Below, one piece after another: positions 1 through 12,389 of a stretch of DNA of 64,000 nt. Each line of letters begins with the position of its first letter. Positions within the stretch are counted from its first letter, which is position 1. The DNA lies in NCBI GenBank assembly GCA_002104905.1, contig MCFE01000505.1, positions 1,362-65,361 on the forward strand, in the 5' to 3' direction. The stretch is from Basidiobolus meristosporus CBS 931.73 (lineage: Eukaryota > Fungi > Basidiobolomycota). The notes under the pieces are model-generated. The model did not search any database, was not told where the DNA came from, and saw only the letters and a program-made list of their open reading frames with translations. A program made the translations under genes and the position numbers.

Positions 1-218
1 TCCCATATCATCACAAGTAAAAAACTTTAAAAATCAACAGCTATGGCCTGTTGATGAAAAGAATACATGTATAAACTGAGTCTAGATTATACTCTAAAAC
101 TACTTACTCAGGCAGTTATCACAAATATATTTGATTAATTCTGTCAGGAACCATATAGCAGATATCATGTTTTGATTCATATATCAAATCGTAATAGTCA
201 TGAATTTGGAAATGAATA

Positions 219-420
219 TCATACCAATTTGGTGATGAATCTGTTGAACATATATGTATCTATCAACTGTTCCCATCCCAACTCTCCGTAAGCTGTCATA
301 GATTCTGCCCTGGTGTAAACCTTACTTACTAGACAGATCATAGTTATGCTCTGGCGATTCCATAAATTCTTGGGAGCCACCAGGGCTGACACATATTGGT
401 CGAAATATCCAGCAGAAGGA
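219..420 (-). CDS. Probable exon of an unidentified gene
   Basis: Open frame PSAGYFDQYVSALVAPKNLW...FNRFITKL with a catag acceptor (~420) and a GTATGA donor at ~223 on the minus strand. Adjacent exons could not be joined convincingly. Confidence 0.3.
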
Positions 421-806
421 TCTATGCAACACAATTAGGCAATCGCTATGAATAAACACAAAAGGTTTACGGATGAGTTTTTCTTATTATCAGATAATCT
501 GTGAAATGCATTCAAGATGGGCCAATTAGGTTGTGTCATCGATCGGAACACGGTGATTTACTTGGGTGGAATCACAGGGGATCAAAATGTATAAAAGCAA
601 GCAGTAGCCGTCAATAACAAATTGCTTTACAACCCGTCTTATTCACTGCACCAGCGCTTCAACCATGAGCTAGTGGAGGGGAAAGGATGGGGAGAGTTGG
701 GTTCTATTGAACCGCGTTTCCTCATGGTCTTATGACAAGCCTTTGTGTCATCAGATCAACTAAGAGACGATAAATTCTTTCTATTTCGAATGAAAACAAT
801 AGTAGT

Positions 807-1680
807 TTACTTGTAACTTGGCATATACGGGTTAAGTTGAGGATCCCACGAGGATTGAGTGATTTTGCCAAGGTCCCACTCCCGTACCGTTGGTGTTGGG
901 GATACCTCTTTCGATTTTTTCTTTTTCTTTTCCTTCTCCTTTTTGTGTTTCTTTTTCTTCTTTGAAGATTTCTTGGTGTCCTCAAACAGAGCGTAGTCTG
1001 GTATTGTACAATTATTATCCATGATGAACTCTTCGATGTCTAAACGCGGGTCATAGTCCTCTTGGAAATATTTATCCATTTTTGAGGGACCACTACTTCG
1101 TCGCTTCTCAGCCACTGCTTCAGTGGAGAATGAGTCTCGACTGCCCTCTGATCTTCGACGTTTGGTGGTTTCTTCGTTAAGTGTGGGATATTCGTTTTCA
1201 TTCGTCCTCTTTCGTTTGTCTTGCGAACGAGAACAGGAATGGTATCGTTTGGTTTCTTGAGGGCTTGGGCTTCTATTTCTTCTAGAATCGTTCTCTTTGT
1301 ACTCACGTACACGGTCGTGTTTGTGTCGTTGATCTCTTTCTCCCGAATACCGATTTTCACGTCTCCTCTGCCGATCTCTCTCAGCCTCTTGTCTCAACAA
1401 AGCTTGGTTGTGTCCGTCAGTGTTTCGGATCAGAGCGTTGAGGAATCGTGTGTTTGGTTTTGGCTTGCTGTGGGATTGTCGAGTTAGCAGTAGTAATTAG
1501 TAACTTACAACTTTGTGGTCGAGTTTACCTGCTTGAAGGAGAGCTCTTATAGACACCAACACCAAATGTCTGGTAGTCCAGCTCTTTAGCTTTACTCTCA
1601 CGAGCTATTAGGGAGGCTACATACGCATCGAAATCCGGGACCTCTAGTGAGTTCGAATTCGACTGGGCTGAACGAGACAT
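807..1680 (-). CDS. Highly charged (R/K/E/S) probable nuclear protein, 2 exons
   Basis: Exon 1 starts MSRSAQ at 1680 and ends AG|gtaaac at 1529. The intron ends gctaac...cacag. Exon 2 reads KPKPNTRFLNALIRNTDGHNQALLRQEAE into the 807..1400 ORF, with RS/charged tracts, a poly-K run and a VREWDLGK motif near the end. Confidence 0.7.
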
Positions 1681-1788
1681 GCAGGAAATGGTGAGAGGTA
1701 TATCAGCACAGGTGGCTATATATATAAGGGATATTTTATTATAACTTGCCCAAAATGATTTCCGTGTCTTCACCCTAAAATTGGAACC

Positions 1789-1870
1789 AACAAGGCCCAG
1801 TGGTCCACAGATCAGTAGGAATATTATCGAATTAACAAGGCCAAGTGGTTCACAAATCGGGATGATTATT
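1789..1870. repeat. Imperfect tandem duplication, period 45 bp, intergenic
   Basis: aacaaggcccagtggtccacagatc (1789) vs aacaaggccaagtggttcacaaatc (1834). Confidence 0.6.
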
Positions 1871-1968
1871 TCTGATCAAAACACGTTTATTTGCGATCAA
1901 GACAGGAGAAGGAGAAAGGGCGTTGATTGTTATATATTGTTTTTGTGGCATTTGTGATTTTCTTCGGA

Positions 1969-4900
1969 CTATGGTTTATTTCCTGCAGTGGTGGTAGCAT
2001 ATGTAACAGGCGCAGGTTGGAAGGACGAGAATGGGTTCAATCCGGGCACCGGCTTCCAGTTGTATTTCATTCCTACATTGTAGATATCTTCCAGAACTTG
2101 CTCAAAAAGACCCTGTTCCTTGAGCAGCAGATACTTCTTGTAAATCGCCAATGCCTTCAACAAAAGATGTTAGTGGATGTGGTGACAAGGGGAAAATCTT
2201 TAGCTTACCGTTCTAGCATCCTCAATACTATCGTGCATGTCAGTTTGGATGTCTTGATTAAGGAGGTACCAAGCCAGAAACTTGAGGGAGATCTTCCGGT
2301 GTCTGTTTTTGATGTGAAAGATATCTACGGTATCGATAACTTGGCTCGGCGGGACAATGATGTTGATAATTCTAAAATCCTTGTTTAGGCCGTGGCCCAC
2401 GAATATACTGCCCATATCCAAGAGCAGCCTCAGCTTCTTATAGGCTGCTTTAAGAGGCACGACAGTATGCTTCGATAGCGATGGATCCAAGTCTCCGGCA
2501 GAGATCCCCGAATACTCAGTCAAATAGTCGACAACAGGCTCGGAAGTCGCGATGTAATCATCAATGAAGGGGATCATTTCCTTTGGCCCTTCCCCTCGCA
2601 GAACACTGACCCGGGCCAAGGCAAGACGGCTTGGGCGAATGAGGCGTCTGGAGCCGTCACTCCAGATCTCGGTTTCTTCTTTCGTCATGGCAACAAATTC
2701 AGCATCGATACCACAGAGAAATCCCGGATTGGGCATTTCGTCGACCGTGAGCGGCTTGTATGATCTAGGGAGCTTATGGCGAAGCCTAGAGATGGAATAG
2801 TCTTTGAACAGAATTGTATTGTCCACCACGTCCGGGAGAGCGCTGACGTCGACCTTGGAACTCAGATCGGTCCGGACAAAATACAGCACTGATGGTGTCT
2901 TCCAGGGGTGTTTGAAGTTGGTCACCTCTTCTTCAGGGATATTTTTCACCATAAAGTCATTGAAGTGATACCATTCACTTTTCCCGTCTTCCATCTCACT
3001 TTTCCCTACCTTGATGTGAGCTACCAGGTGGGCAATCTCCTTCTCGAATTGGATCTGAGAAACGACCGCGTAAAGTTCGTAGGTCGCCACATTCGACGCG
3101 CGCTCATTGTTCTCGTCATCGTGCACAGGAGGTTGTGGAGAGGGATTGGTAATGTGGACTTCATCTCCCTTTAACTCCATCTGTATAGCGAGGGGCAACC
3201 ACGAGTTGGTGCCGGCGACAGCCGAACTTCGCCAGAGATCTAGATTGCTCTGTGTGAGGGTGGAGCAGTTCACGCTGAATATGTTGGGCAGCTCCTGAAG
3301 GCTTTTCTTCTGTGTGCTAGATTGGTAGCGCTGGCATGAATTGCACCAGGCCTTAGCTTGGGTTTGTCTACTAATACTCGATTGCAATATCTCCACCAGT
3401 GAACTGGGCTTGGGTGGGGAGGAGCTTGTAGTGGAGTTCTTGGGATAAACAAGATCGATCGCAAACGGGTACGTGGTACGATCGATCTGTGCACCACATA
3501 GGCACTTGTTCGATGACACCGTTTTGAGTCCAAATACTTGTTGAATGATTGACGGAAGGGTGGGGTCGTTGCCCGATATATCTTTTCGAACACAAATGTT
3601 AAGGCCCATGGCATTCGATTCTTGATGGAGCTGCTCCAGGATGAATCGGTTGAAGTTCTGGATCAGGGTAGAGTACGAGGTCTCAGCGGTGGGTTGGTCT
3701 GGCTCAAACAGTCCCAGGGCAACCGCCTGGGGAATCGTACTGAAAGCACGCAAGAAATTGGTGGCTTGGCAGTTTCTTCCCTTCGCGTCCTCCAGCATCT
3801 GGAACAGGAATCCTAGTTCGCAGAGCAAGCAGAATTCCTTGGGACAATTCGATTTGACGTGGGACTTGGCGATGTTCTTCAACGTAGGTATGAAGAACAG
3901 CACTTGGAGCAACGAGTTACAGTATGAGTTGGTGATGTGGGTCTCCAACCCAGAGAAATGAGTTTTGTTGTAGTAGCCAAAGTCAAAATCCTCGACACCG
4001 AATCTACTGTATTTGATTTCCACCCGACGGTACAGCTTGAACACAGCCAACGGGTTATTCTGTAAAGAAATGTCCTCCTCTTTAGGCGATGCCAGTTCAG
4101 ACTTCTTTCGGAGACGTCTGAGGTGCTTTTCTCGCTCTTGTTCGGAGCGGAATTTTGGTGTGTCGGAGCTTTTTCTATCTCTACCTGGCCTTGGAGGGAT
4201 TTGATTACGAAGCCTTGTGCGGGGATTGGGGGCATATCCAACAAAATCAATGGTTTTCATGTTTTGCAGGACCTCAGGTTCTATCGAGGGCGCAGGCTTT
4301 CCAACCTCGAAGGTGAAGTGAGCGGGCCAGACTGAGAGCAGAGGCTCTGTATAATATGGCATCCCAACGGAGGACAGGGGGCTTCAAATTACAAAAGTTA
4401 GATGCTGGCGGCGATGCTGATTGCAGTATTCACTACCTCTCCTCGTCGACGATAACATCGGGGTACTCTACAGGGTCTGGCAACTCCAGAGGTCGGGAGT
4501 AATTGCTAGCAATCGGTTCATCACGGTCACTCCAGACATGGACGATATTGGAGGCGTCGCCGAAGCCGATAAACTCGCCAGATACGGATGTGTCGAGGCA
4601 GTTGATGTAGCTGTTGACATTCACCTTGGCGAAGGGTAAATCGTGGGGAAAGAGTGCTACACTACTAGTGAAATGCTTACCTGATGAAAGCATATGTCCG
4701 CTGATTGGTTCGATACATCGCAAAGCTGAAATTGACCACTTTGGGAAGCAACAAACACTGAGGTCGGAATCTTCGGGTGAAATTTGATCATCGTTGGTCC
4801 CATAGGGAAGGCGATCGGGGGTAGAGGCTGCATGGTTCTTATGTCGTACACCTTCACAATCGGGTCACTTATCAAGCTGCCTGCTCTTTTGAAGTATTTG

Positions 4901-5760
4901 GCATTGTTAGGGGCGTTTATCAACGGCTGGCAGGGTGCGTGACTATTACCTGTATGAGAAACCACAGGTTATAAACAGATTTCCACTAACATCCAAGTCC
5001 GACATGGTTCCGGTATGCGCTTGGACTCGGTGCTCGGCCTTGAATGTGCGCGAGTCACGTAGCGTAACTTCACCTGAAGTGGATCCACAGCAAATCAAGC
5101 GCGAGCGTTTCATCACAAAGATGCCACTGTCAGTGTCAATCTGAAGTAGGTTAATCTACCTGAGACGGGAAAGTATATCATTCTGGCGCTTACTTGGTTG
5201 ATAATCGCTCCACGGTCGAGATTCACGACCAAAGTCCGGCTTTGATTTCCTGCGACAAACAGTTCTGATTGAGGAAGGGCGGAATTGACCATCGCGTGAA
5301 AGTCATGAACATGATCCCCTCTGCGTAAAATACTTTTAATTTTTCCGCAGGATTGGTGGTGGGCTTTGCCAATACTCTCTACCTAACGATGCTTTGTGGG
5401 ACGCCTCGTCGATTTGTCATGCGGATGCTGTTTGGTCCAAGTGAGATAACTGCTCGATCAGTAACCGTTATTTGCCTAACTGGTCCGGTATGTCCTTTGA
5501 AGCTAGTGTATTTTTCAAGAGTTTCTATGTCATAAGAGCATACACGTCCCTTGTAATTGCAACCACATCAGTTCAAGAATCTTTACCATCAAACGAATCG
5601 CCAATTGCTAGAATTGAACATAGGGAAGGAAGAAGCCACGTACGTTCTCATCACCAATCCAAATCAATTCAGCGTGCGGATCAAAGGCACATGTTGTTAT
5701 TGGGAAGGCTGATACAGGATTGGGATCACAGATAGTGGCAAATTCATACCACTCTTCCAT
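1969..5760 (-). CDS. PAN2: PAN2 poly(A) nuclease catalytic subunit (WD40 + inactive UCH + DEDD exonuclease), multi-exon
   Basis: First exon MEEWYEFATICDP...CAFDPHAELIWIGDEN; next GRVCSYDIETLEKYTSFKGH; UCH region YNKTHFSGLETHITNSYCNSLLQ; exonuclease GIDAEFV...VGHGLNKDFRIIN...HDSIEDART; last exon ALAIYKKYLLLKEQG...NWK. Confidence 0.95.
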
Positions 5761-6173
5761 TTCTTAATTGGTCTATCGAATACAGAGTATATTAGGACAC
5801 GATGACAACTCGCCGGGGATGTAGCACCATCCAGGAAAACGAAAGGTAATCTGGAATGGCCTAAAAAAATTCTCACCCTCTATAAACAAACCACTAAAGG
5901 AGCTTTTCTGATTGTTAGCAAACCCGTCACGAACCACAAGGAAAATAGAAGTGATCATTTAGATGGAATCGACATCCCATTACCATTCATGCATCGATTT
6001 GATTGGGAGTCGATGTTGGAGCCATCATGTGATCGGTGGAAAATGATATATATATGATTTTAATGTAAGTGGCCGAGAAGGTCTGTCGAAAGATGGTTAG
6101 GCGAGTTGAATCCATTATGCAATAAAAATATCATTTCATATACATGTTGATGTCGGTCGGTTGTAAATTTAAG

Positions 6174-6246
6174 GCAACGGAGGTGTGGAGCACAATTTTA
6201 CGACAAAAAGCAACGGAGGTGTGGAGTGAAATTTAAACGACAAAAA
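6174..6246 (+). repeat. Two tandem 36-37 bp repeats in the promoter of the mucin-like gene
   Basis: gcaacggaggtgtggag-cacaatttt-acgacaaaaa followed directly by gcaacggaggtgtggag-tgaaatttaa-acgacaaaaa. Confidence 0.75.
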
Positions 6247-6311
6247 GGCGCCCCCATAGAGTCTCCACGATCGATGCCCTGCACATCCTATTTTTACATC
6301 GCCGACACCTC

Positions 6312-6318
6312 TATAAAA
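6312..6318 (+). promoter_or_regulatory. TATA box (TATAAAA)
   Basis: Consensus TATAAAA 52 nt upstream of the ATG at 6370. Confidence 0.5.
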
Positions 6319-6369
6319 CCCCCGCCAAGAGGCCATGACTGACAACAAACTCAAGTTACCAACTCCACA

Positions 6370-7521
6370 ATGAAATCTTTCAACATCAATGCTATCTGCT
6401 TGCTGGCTCTTGGTGCTATTGCCATAACTACCGTTGAAGCTAGTCCTTTGGGATCTAAAGCTGTTGCTGGTGCTGAAAATGTTGCAAGGGAGGTTAACAA
6501 TATTGTGCTTAATAACAACAACGAGGACTGGGAGAAATGTGACGAGCCCAAGCCTACTGACGACTGTGACGATGATGACGACCGTGATGATGATTGCGAT
6601 GATGGCGATGATCATGGTAAATGTAAAGTTACTACTACTGTCAAGAAATGCGAGGCAACTTCTACCACCCCAGGAGAAAGTGGGGTTAGCTCCAGTGCTA
6701 CAGGGGAGCCTACTTCGGGAGAGACACTTTCTGAACAGCCTACCTCTGAAGAGTCTTCATCTGCGGAACCTTCTTCAGGAGAGACACCTTCTGAGCAGCC
6801 TACCTCTGAAGAGTCTTCATCCGCGGAGCCTACTTCCGAGGAGCCCACATCTGAAGCTTCAACTTCTGAGGAGGCGACGTCTGAAGAGCCCACATCTGGA
6901 GCTTCAACTTCTGAGGAGGCGACGTCTGAAGAGCCCACATCTGGAGCTTCAACTTCTGAGGAGGCGACGTCTGAAGAGCCCACATCTGGAGCTTCAACTT
7001 CTGAGGAGGCGACGTCTGAAGAGCCTACATCCGAAGAAGCAACCTCGGAACAACCCACTTCTGGAGAACCTACCTCGGAACAACCCACTTCTGAAGAGCC
7101 TACCTCAGAGCAACCTACCTCTGAAGAACCTTCCTCGGAGCAACCCACTTCTGAACAACCTACTTCTGAAGCCCCTTCCTCGGAGCAACCCACCTCTGAA
7201 CAACCTACTTCTGAAGCCCCTTCCTCGGAGCAACCCACCTCTGAACAACCTACTTCTGAAGCCCCTTCCTCGGAGCAACCCACCTCTGAACAACCTACCT
7301 CAGAGCAACCTACTTCGGAACAATCAGCCTCCGAAACAACACCAGCCGAATCGTCACCTACCACCCCTACTACTTCTCCAACTCTATTTGTTGCTCAACC
7401 AGTTGAAGATACAAAAGCCAAGGCTGATCATGTCAATAAGGTTAATGCCGGAGTATCGACTCACGCAAATTTAGCTATTGCAGCGGTTCTAGCTTTACCT
7501 GTAGCCCGTATGTTGGTATAG
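6370..7521 (+). CDS. Secreted, probably GPI-anchored Ser/Thr/Glu/Pro-rich mucin/adhesin-like cell-surface protein (383 aa)
   Basis: N-terminal signal peptide (MKSFNINAICLLALGAIAITTVEA), short Cys/Asp-rich segment, long SEEPT/SEQPT pentapeptide repeats, hydrophobic C-terminus (NAGVSTHANLAIAAVLALPVARMLV). Confidence 0.85.
   Translation: MKSFNINAICLLALGAIAITTVEASPLGSKAVAGAENVAREVNNIVLNNNNEDWEKCDEPKPTDDCDDDDDRDDDCDDGDDHGKCKVTTTVKKCEATSTTPGESGVSSSATGEPTSGETLSEQPTSEESSSAEPSSGETPSEQPTSEESSSAEPTSEEPTSEASTSEEATSEEPTSGASTSEEATSEEPTSGASTSEEATSEEPTSGASTSEEATSEEPTSEEATSEQPTSGEPTSEQPTSEEPTSEQPTSEEPSSEQPTSEQPTSEAPSSEQPTSEQPTSEAPSSEQPTSEQPTSEAPSSEQPTSEQPTSEQPTSEQSASETTPAESSPTTPTTSPTLFVAQPVEDTKAKADHVNKVNAGVSTHANLAIAAVLALPVARMLV
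6841..7020 (+). repeat. Coding tandem array, 4 x 45 bp (EPTSGASTSEEATSE)
   Basis: Units start at 6841, 6886, 6931 and 6976. The last three are identical; the first differs by one base. Confidence 0.9.
7138..7298 (+). repeat. Coding tandem array, ~3.5 x 45 bp (EQPTSEQPTSEAPSS)
   Basis: Units start at 7138, 7183, 7228 and 7273 (partial) and are near-identical. Confidence 0.9.
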
Positions 7522-7666
7522 GTGGAATGTGATATAAATTAAATAAAGTAGTATTTATATGTCTTTACTCAAAAACCCATATTTATATATATATATACAA
7601 GAACACAGTTAAAAAGTAAGCAAAATACACGCTCGACTATTAACATATAAGTATTTAAGCGACTTT

Positions 7667-10600
7667 CTAAGCCCCTTCCTCTTCATCTTCTAACCAGATC
7701 ATCTTCTGAATTTTCACTATTTCGTGATCAAGCGATTGTGTGTATCGTCTCTTGACAGTGGAAATACAGGGCGTACCCGAGGGCTTTTTGGCTGCCCTCG
7801 TAGGGGTGGACTTCTTCGATCCAATCGATACCAACAATGGATCCCAGTTAACTCGTTTTCGCTTGCAATCTTTGGTCCTCACACCATTGTTGGGATGCGC
7901 GGGCGCTTCTTCGATGATCTCAGTAATCTCCCGTCTTTGCTCCAACCTATCGATGAGCTTTTTGGTCGGACTAGGCGGTCTGGGAACTCCCATGCGGATG
8001 GGAACCAGCTGGAGAGTAGCTAGGTGATACCCAGAGTTGAACTGAGTAAGGTTCTTAGTTACGGCACGTACGTATGAGGCATTGACCTGGTTGAGGGGAC
8101 GATCAAACGAAAAAGGTGGCTTGCGCTTCAAGGGATTTTCATTTGAAGCCTCGATTGTAATGACTTCGGAAAAGGGATCAGTTGGCTCGGCCTCACTCTC
8201 AGGCTCAGGCTCCGGTTCAGGAGTCACCTTGCGTCGACGTTTGCTGGTGCTTTTGGGAGTTACCACCTTGCTTGTTTCGGTCGGCTGAGCTACCTCAGAC
8301 TGTACTTTCGTCTTGGAGCGAGTAGAACAACGAAGAGAACGTCGAACATTTAGCGACTGATCAGGTGTAATACAATCTATCGGTTCGACAGGGGTGTCGG
8401 TTATTGAGTCTTCCGAAGGTAGTTCTTGTGGATGCTCTAGTAAATCTTGATCTGTATCCTTCTCCGGTGAGGATTTGGCCGATCTCAAGATTCGACGAGG
8501 GCCAGATTTGATTCCAACCTTCCTATCTAGTGACTTGCGTCTTCCAGCAGACATTCTCCTCTGATGTAAGGTATCCTGTAAATTCAACATGCTGTTTCGC
8601 TTGCGTGGGATGGAAAGTCTCCTGTTCCCTGACTCAGAAATCTCTTTGTGACCATCCAACGTTGGTGCCTTTGGTGTCACCAGCAGATGGGCGTGAGTTA
8701 CTTGTTCGCTAGTGGTCCCTATTTCAGTTTTGGTAGGGCCTTGGGAGCCTTCTCCTCTAGTTATTTCGCTATGATGGAAACTAGACTCCTGAGCCTTGGC
8801 TTCCTCAGCTGATTCCGAGTCACTCTTTTTGAAAGAAGAATTGGTACTAATCTCATCATGATCGTGGATCTGGGGACTGCTTGGACAGGCAACCGTGCTA
8901 TTGGTGCAACTCTCAATCTTCGGGCTATCTAGGGCGTTCGTTGCCAGACTATCTGGGCAATCTTCTTGGGAGTTCACCCGAGTCTCACTCTCGTGAATTA
9001 TCTCTAATGTAACTACTTCCATGGCCATGTCGTCAGTAGGTTTGTCTTCATCCATTAAATCTGGTAGATTGATATCTTGAAGACTTTGACTCTTATCATG
9101 CAACTTCTCTTCCTCTTGTCGATTGTGATCAATTTGAGCATTCACTGGATCTTCAAGAGTAACAACAGCATTTTGACCATGGGTGACTCCTGGGCAGTCA
9201 ATCGGGTCACTGGAAACACTCATATCCATCACAAAGCCATGGTGGTTTTGGATGTCTTCCCCCTGCGGATCATATTGATCTGGGCAGCTAGTCGAAATTT
9301 CAAGATCAAGAGCGTCTCCTGGAGAGTTGATCTGTTCTCCGAGGGTGCCCGGTTCACCCTTATTGTCATTAACCTCCTGTGAGTCCGCCTGTTCTTCAAC
9401 AAACTCTGGAATTTGTTGATGGGAATTAAATTGCTCATCCGTATTTGTGCGATCGACAATCTCCATATAGCTATGGGCATCATCTTGAGAGCCCTGGTGA
9501 CCTTCGAAGTTATTTGCATTACTAACATCTACTTGATGATCTTCACGTTCTCCTTGTAGAGAGAGGACTTCGTCTTCAGGAGCATCTGAGTGAGCGGCAA
9601 CGTCGGGATCAACTCGTGGATTGATTTGTTCGTCTGATATCTCGATGCCCTCTTGGGCTTCATCTCCTTGAGTGCCTGCGGAAGCGGCATCACACTCAAG
9701 CTCTTGGATAGCACCCTGCGAAGAGTCAACCCACTCCGCAATCGTATTGGGGCAAAGGGTAGCATTCTCATCGATCTTACCGCGTCCTTGTAATTCCAGT
9801 GCGTTTATACAGGCAACAGTATCCTCACAAGCTTCATTACCGTGAGAACAATTAACTTGCTCTTCAACGGTGTCTATGCATATGGTGGTGTTCTCGCTAT
9901 CTTCATTGACTTTGTCCTGCGAAGAATCGGCTTGCTCTTCAGCAGTATCCGTACCAATGGCAGTATTCTCGCATTCTTCATTAACTTTGCCCTGTGAGGA
10001 ATCGACTTGCTCTTCAACCATATCGGTGTCAATGGCAGTATTCTCGCAAACTTCATTGACCTTGCCCTGTGAGGAATCGACTTGTTCCTTCAGCAACGTT
10101 TACATAATTAGCAGCCTTCTCCCGACCGACACTGTCCTGAAGAGAATCGATTTGTTCAGCAGTATCTGGGCCATTGTCAGCATCCTGGCAACTCTCATTG
10201 ATGTATAGAGAATCGGCTCGTTCGGTATTGTCTACGCAATTGGTAGCACTCTCACGGTCTTCATTATCCTGGGTAGAATCGAGATGTTCTTCAACCGCGT
10301 CTGTGCAAGTGGTTGTATCACCGCGGTATTCATTACTGTGCGGAGAATCGACACTTTCTTCAACTGTATCTGCGCAAGTAGCATAGCTCTCACGATCTTG
10401 AAGGATTTCTTGCACAGAGTCATCTTGCTCCTCAGCAATATCCATACTAGCAGCGGTGTTTTGATCGCTTTGAACGCCTTCTTGAGGAACGTCGATACTA
10501 GCACCTGGTTGCTTTTCAATATCTTCCTTCGAGTTGGCATCACCTTGAGCCATCTGAGCGTTTGTAGCAACAAACACATGGCCTTCATTATCCTGATCCT

Positions 10601-12389
10601 GTGTGCTTGGCATGGCTTCTGAATCCATTCGATCAATGATAGACTCATCATCATCCCTGTGCCCTTCTTGAGAGGTATCACAGAGTTCTTCCATTGCTAA
10701 GTTTGGTGTCGCTAAAGCCTGATTACTACTATCCTCCTGATTTTGAGCTTTACTGTGTTGGAGTTCCTCCCCATCAGGCTCGAGGTGTTCATTTTGAATA
10801 TCCTCAGCGACTAAGGTGGCTTGAGAAGGTGGATTTGATTCTACCAGAGATTGATCAATATCTATAGCTGCGTCTTCGGTAGTAGATACATTTGCATTTA
10901 CAGGCTCACAGGAATTTTCAAGATCGCTTGACGGACAGGTTATTAGTTCGGAATTTGGCAGACTAGGTTGCTCGCTAATTTCCTCATTCGCCATATTAGC
11001 TTCAGCGCGATCATCTTCGACTCCCGCATGGGTATTGCCACTGGATAACTTGGTGGTAAAGTGCACCTCACCTGGCCTTGGGATCTTCGAAAGTTGAGAT
11101 ATTTGCGTATTCGCTTTGAAACTAGGATCAGGCTTTTGAAGTTTGGACTCGACAGAGGGTTTGGTGCCCGATGAAGCTGTCTGCCCGTGGCCCTGGAGGG
11201 GCTTGACTGAACCAGGATTTTTTCTGCCAGAGACCGGCTTACGCAGAGTAATATTGGGAGGGGGATGTTGAAATTTCGAGGAGATTGTAGGTCTCATCTC
11301 AGGTTTATGTGCAGGAACGGCTTTTGGGGGGATAGCAGTGGCCTTTGAGCTTTGTGGAATACCACTCACTTTCGATTTTGTATCCACTACTTTGGTCTTC
11401 GTAGGATTTACACTAGCTTCTTTACGTGCAGATACACCATTAACTAGTCGACGAGGCTGAGTATTGACAGGTTGTGATGAAGCCAATCGTTTAGAGGTGG
11501 CCTTTTGTGCTATATTAGCATCAGAGAGTGTGGATCTTGAAACAGTAGTGGAGCTCTCCGCGATTGATGTCCCTGTTCTGTTTGTGTTGTGCTTCTCTTG
11601 AGCCAGACTCGAGTCTTTATCGGATGTGACTTTTTTGCTTCTCGTAGTGGATACCAAAGGCTTGCGAAGAGTGACAGGCTGCTTTAGCTTGGCTATTCTG
11701 GGAGCTGGCACAGCTTTGTTTTGGCTGAGATCTGGTTTGATACCAGACCTTTTATCGACGGATTTCTCTCGACTAACTGCAATCTTTTTCCGATCTTGTG
11801 ATTCGCCAGAACTTGCCACTATACGTCTCTTCTGTGTTGACGGTAGCGGATTACTGCTGCTGTCGCTGTGCTTCATAGGGGCTTTTCCTTTCCCTGCGAT
11901 GCGTAAGCCGACTTTTTTGGGATCAGCTTTGGAATCTTCAGGTACATGCTGTTTATCTACTTTGAGGTGTGATGTAGATGCTTGATTACTAGATATCGTT
12001 GAAGCAGTATCCGGTAATGCGGCTATAGTGTCTGCTTCATTTGTCACTCCCGTACTTATTGAAGGCTCTGCTTCGGATGCTTCAACCTTTCGTAGGTCTG
12101 AGTTTTCGATTTGATTGTCGTCAGTGGTTTCCATTGCCAGACCATCAGAAGAATCTGAAGGCGAAACTAGCTCAGCCTTGTCCGTGGATGTAGTATCGGA
12201 TATATCCTCCTTGGCCTCTATTAGATTATGTGATGCTTCTTCGCTGCGGCGAATATTCAATATACGCCTCCACCACCTTTGGAGCACAGGGGCAACTTTC
12301 TCTATACGTTGCAAACGAGCCATAGCTGACAACTCTTCGGAGCTGATCTCATCTCCACCAAAAAAAACATCTTCTTCGTCGACCTCCAT
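7667..12389 (-). CDS. Very large intrinsically disordered protein (basic N-half, acidic repeat middle, basic C-terminus), split into two frames at ~10087
   Basis: ORFs 10053..12491 and 7667..10096 overlap and share the EEQVDSxQ repeat family. Likely start MEVDEEDVFFGG at 12389. IQ-like APVLQRWWRRIL near the N-terminus; KRKRVNW RVxW motif near the C-terminus. Confidence 0.65.
9850..10400 (-). repeat. Degenerate coding repeats of ~25 aa (EEQVDSSQGKVNEECENTAIDTDMV-like)
   Basis: Recurrent EEQ(V/A/L)DS(S/P/T)Q...EN(T/R)...C.DT units on both sides of the frame break. Confidence 0.75.

Noticed and set aside
219-560. Faint resemblance of the first exon to CENP-M (ICLVSK...EQLIDTY)
   Set aside because: Too few identities and exon phases could not be reconciled; needs an HHpred search.
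6434-7474. Long alternative-frame (346 aa) and antisense (250 aa) ORFs over the mucin-like gene
   Set aside because: By-products of a stop-free tandem repeat; no independent protein features.
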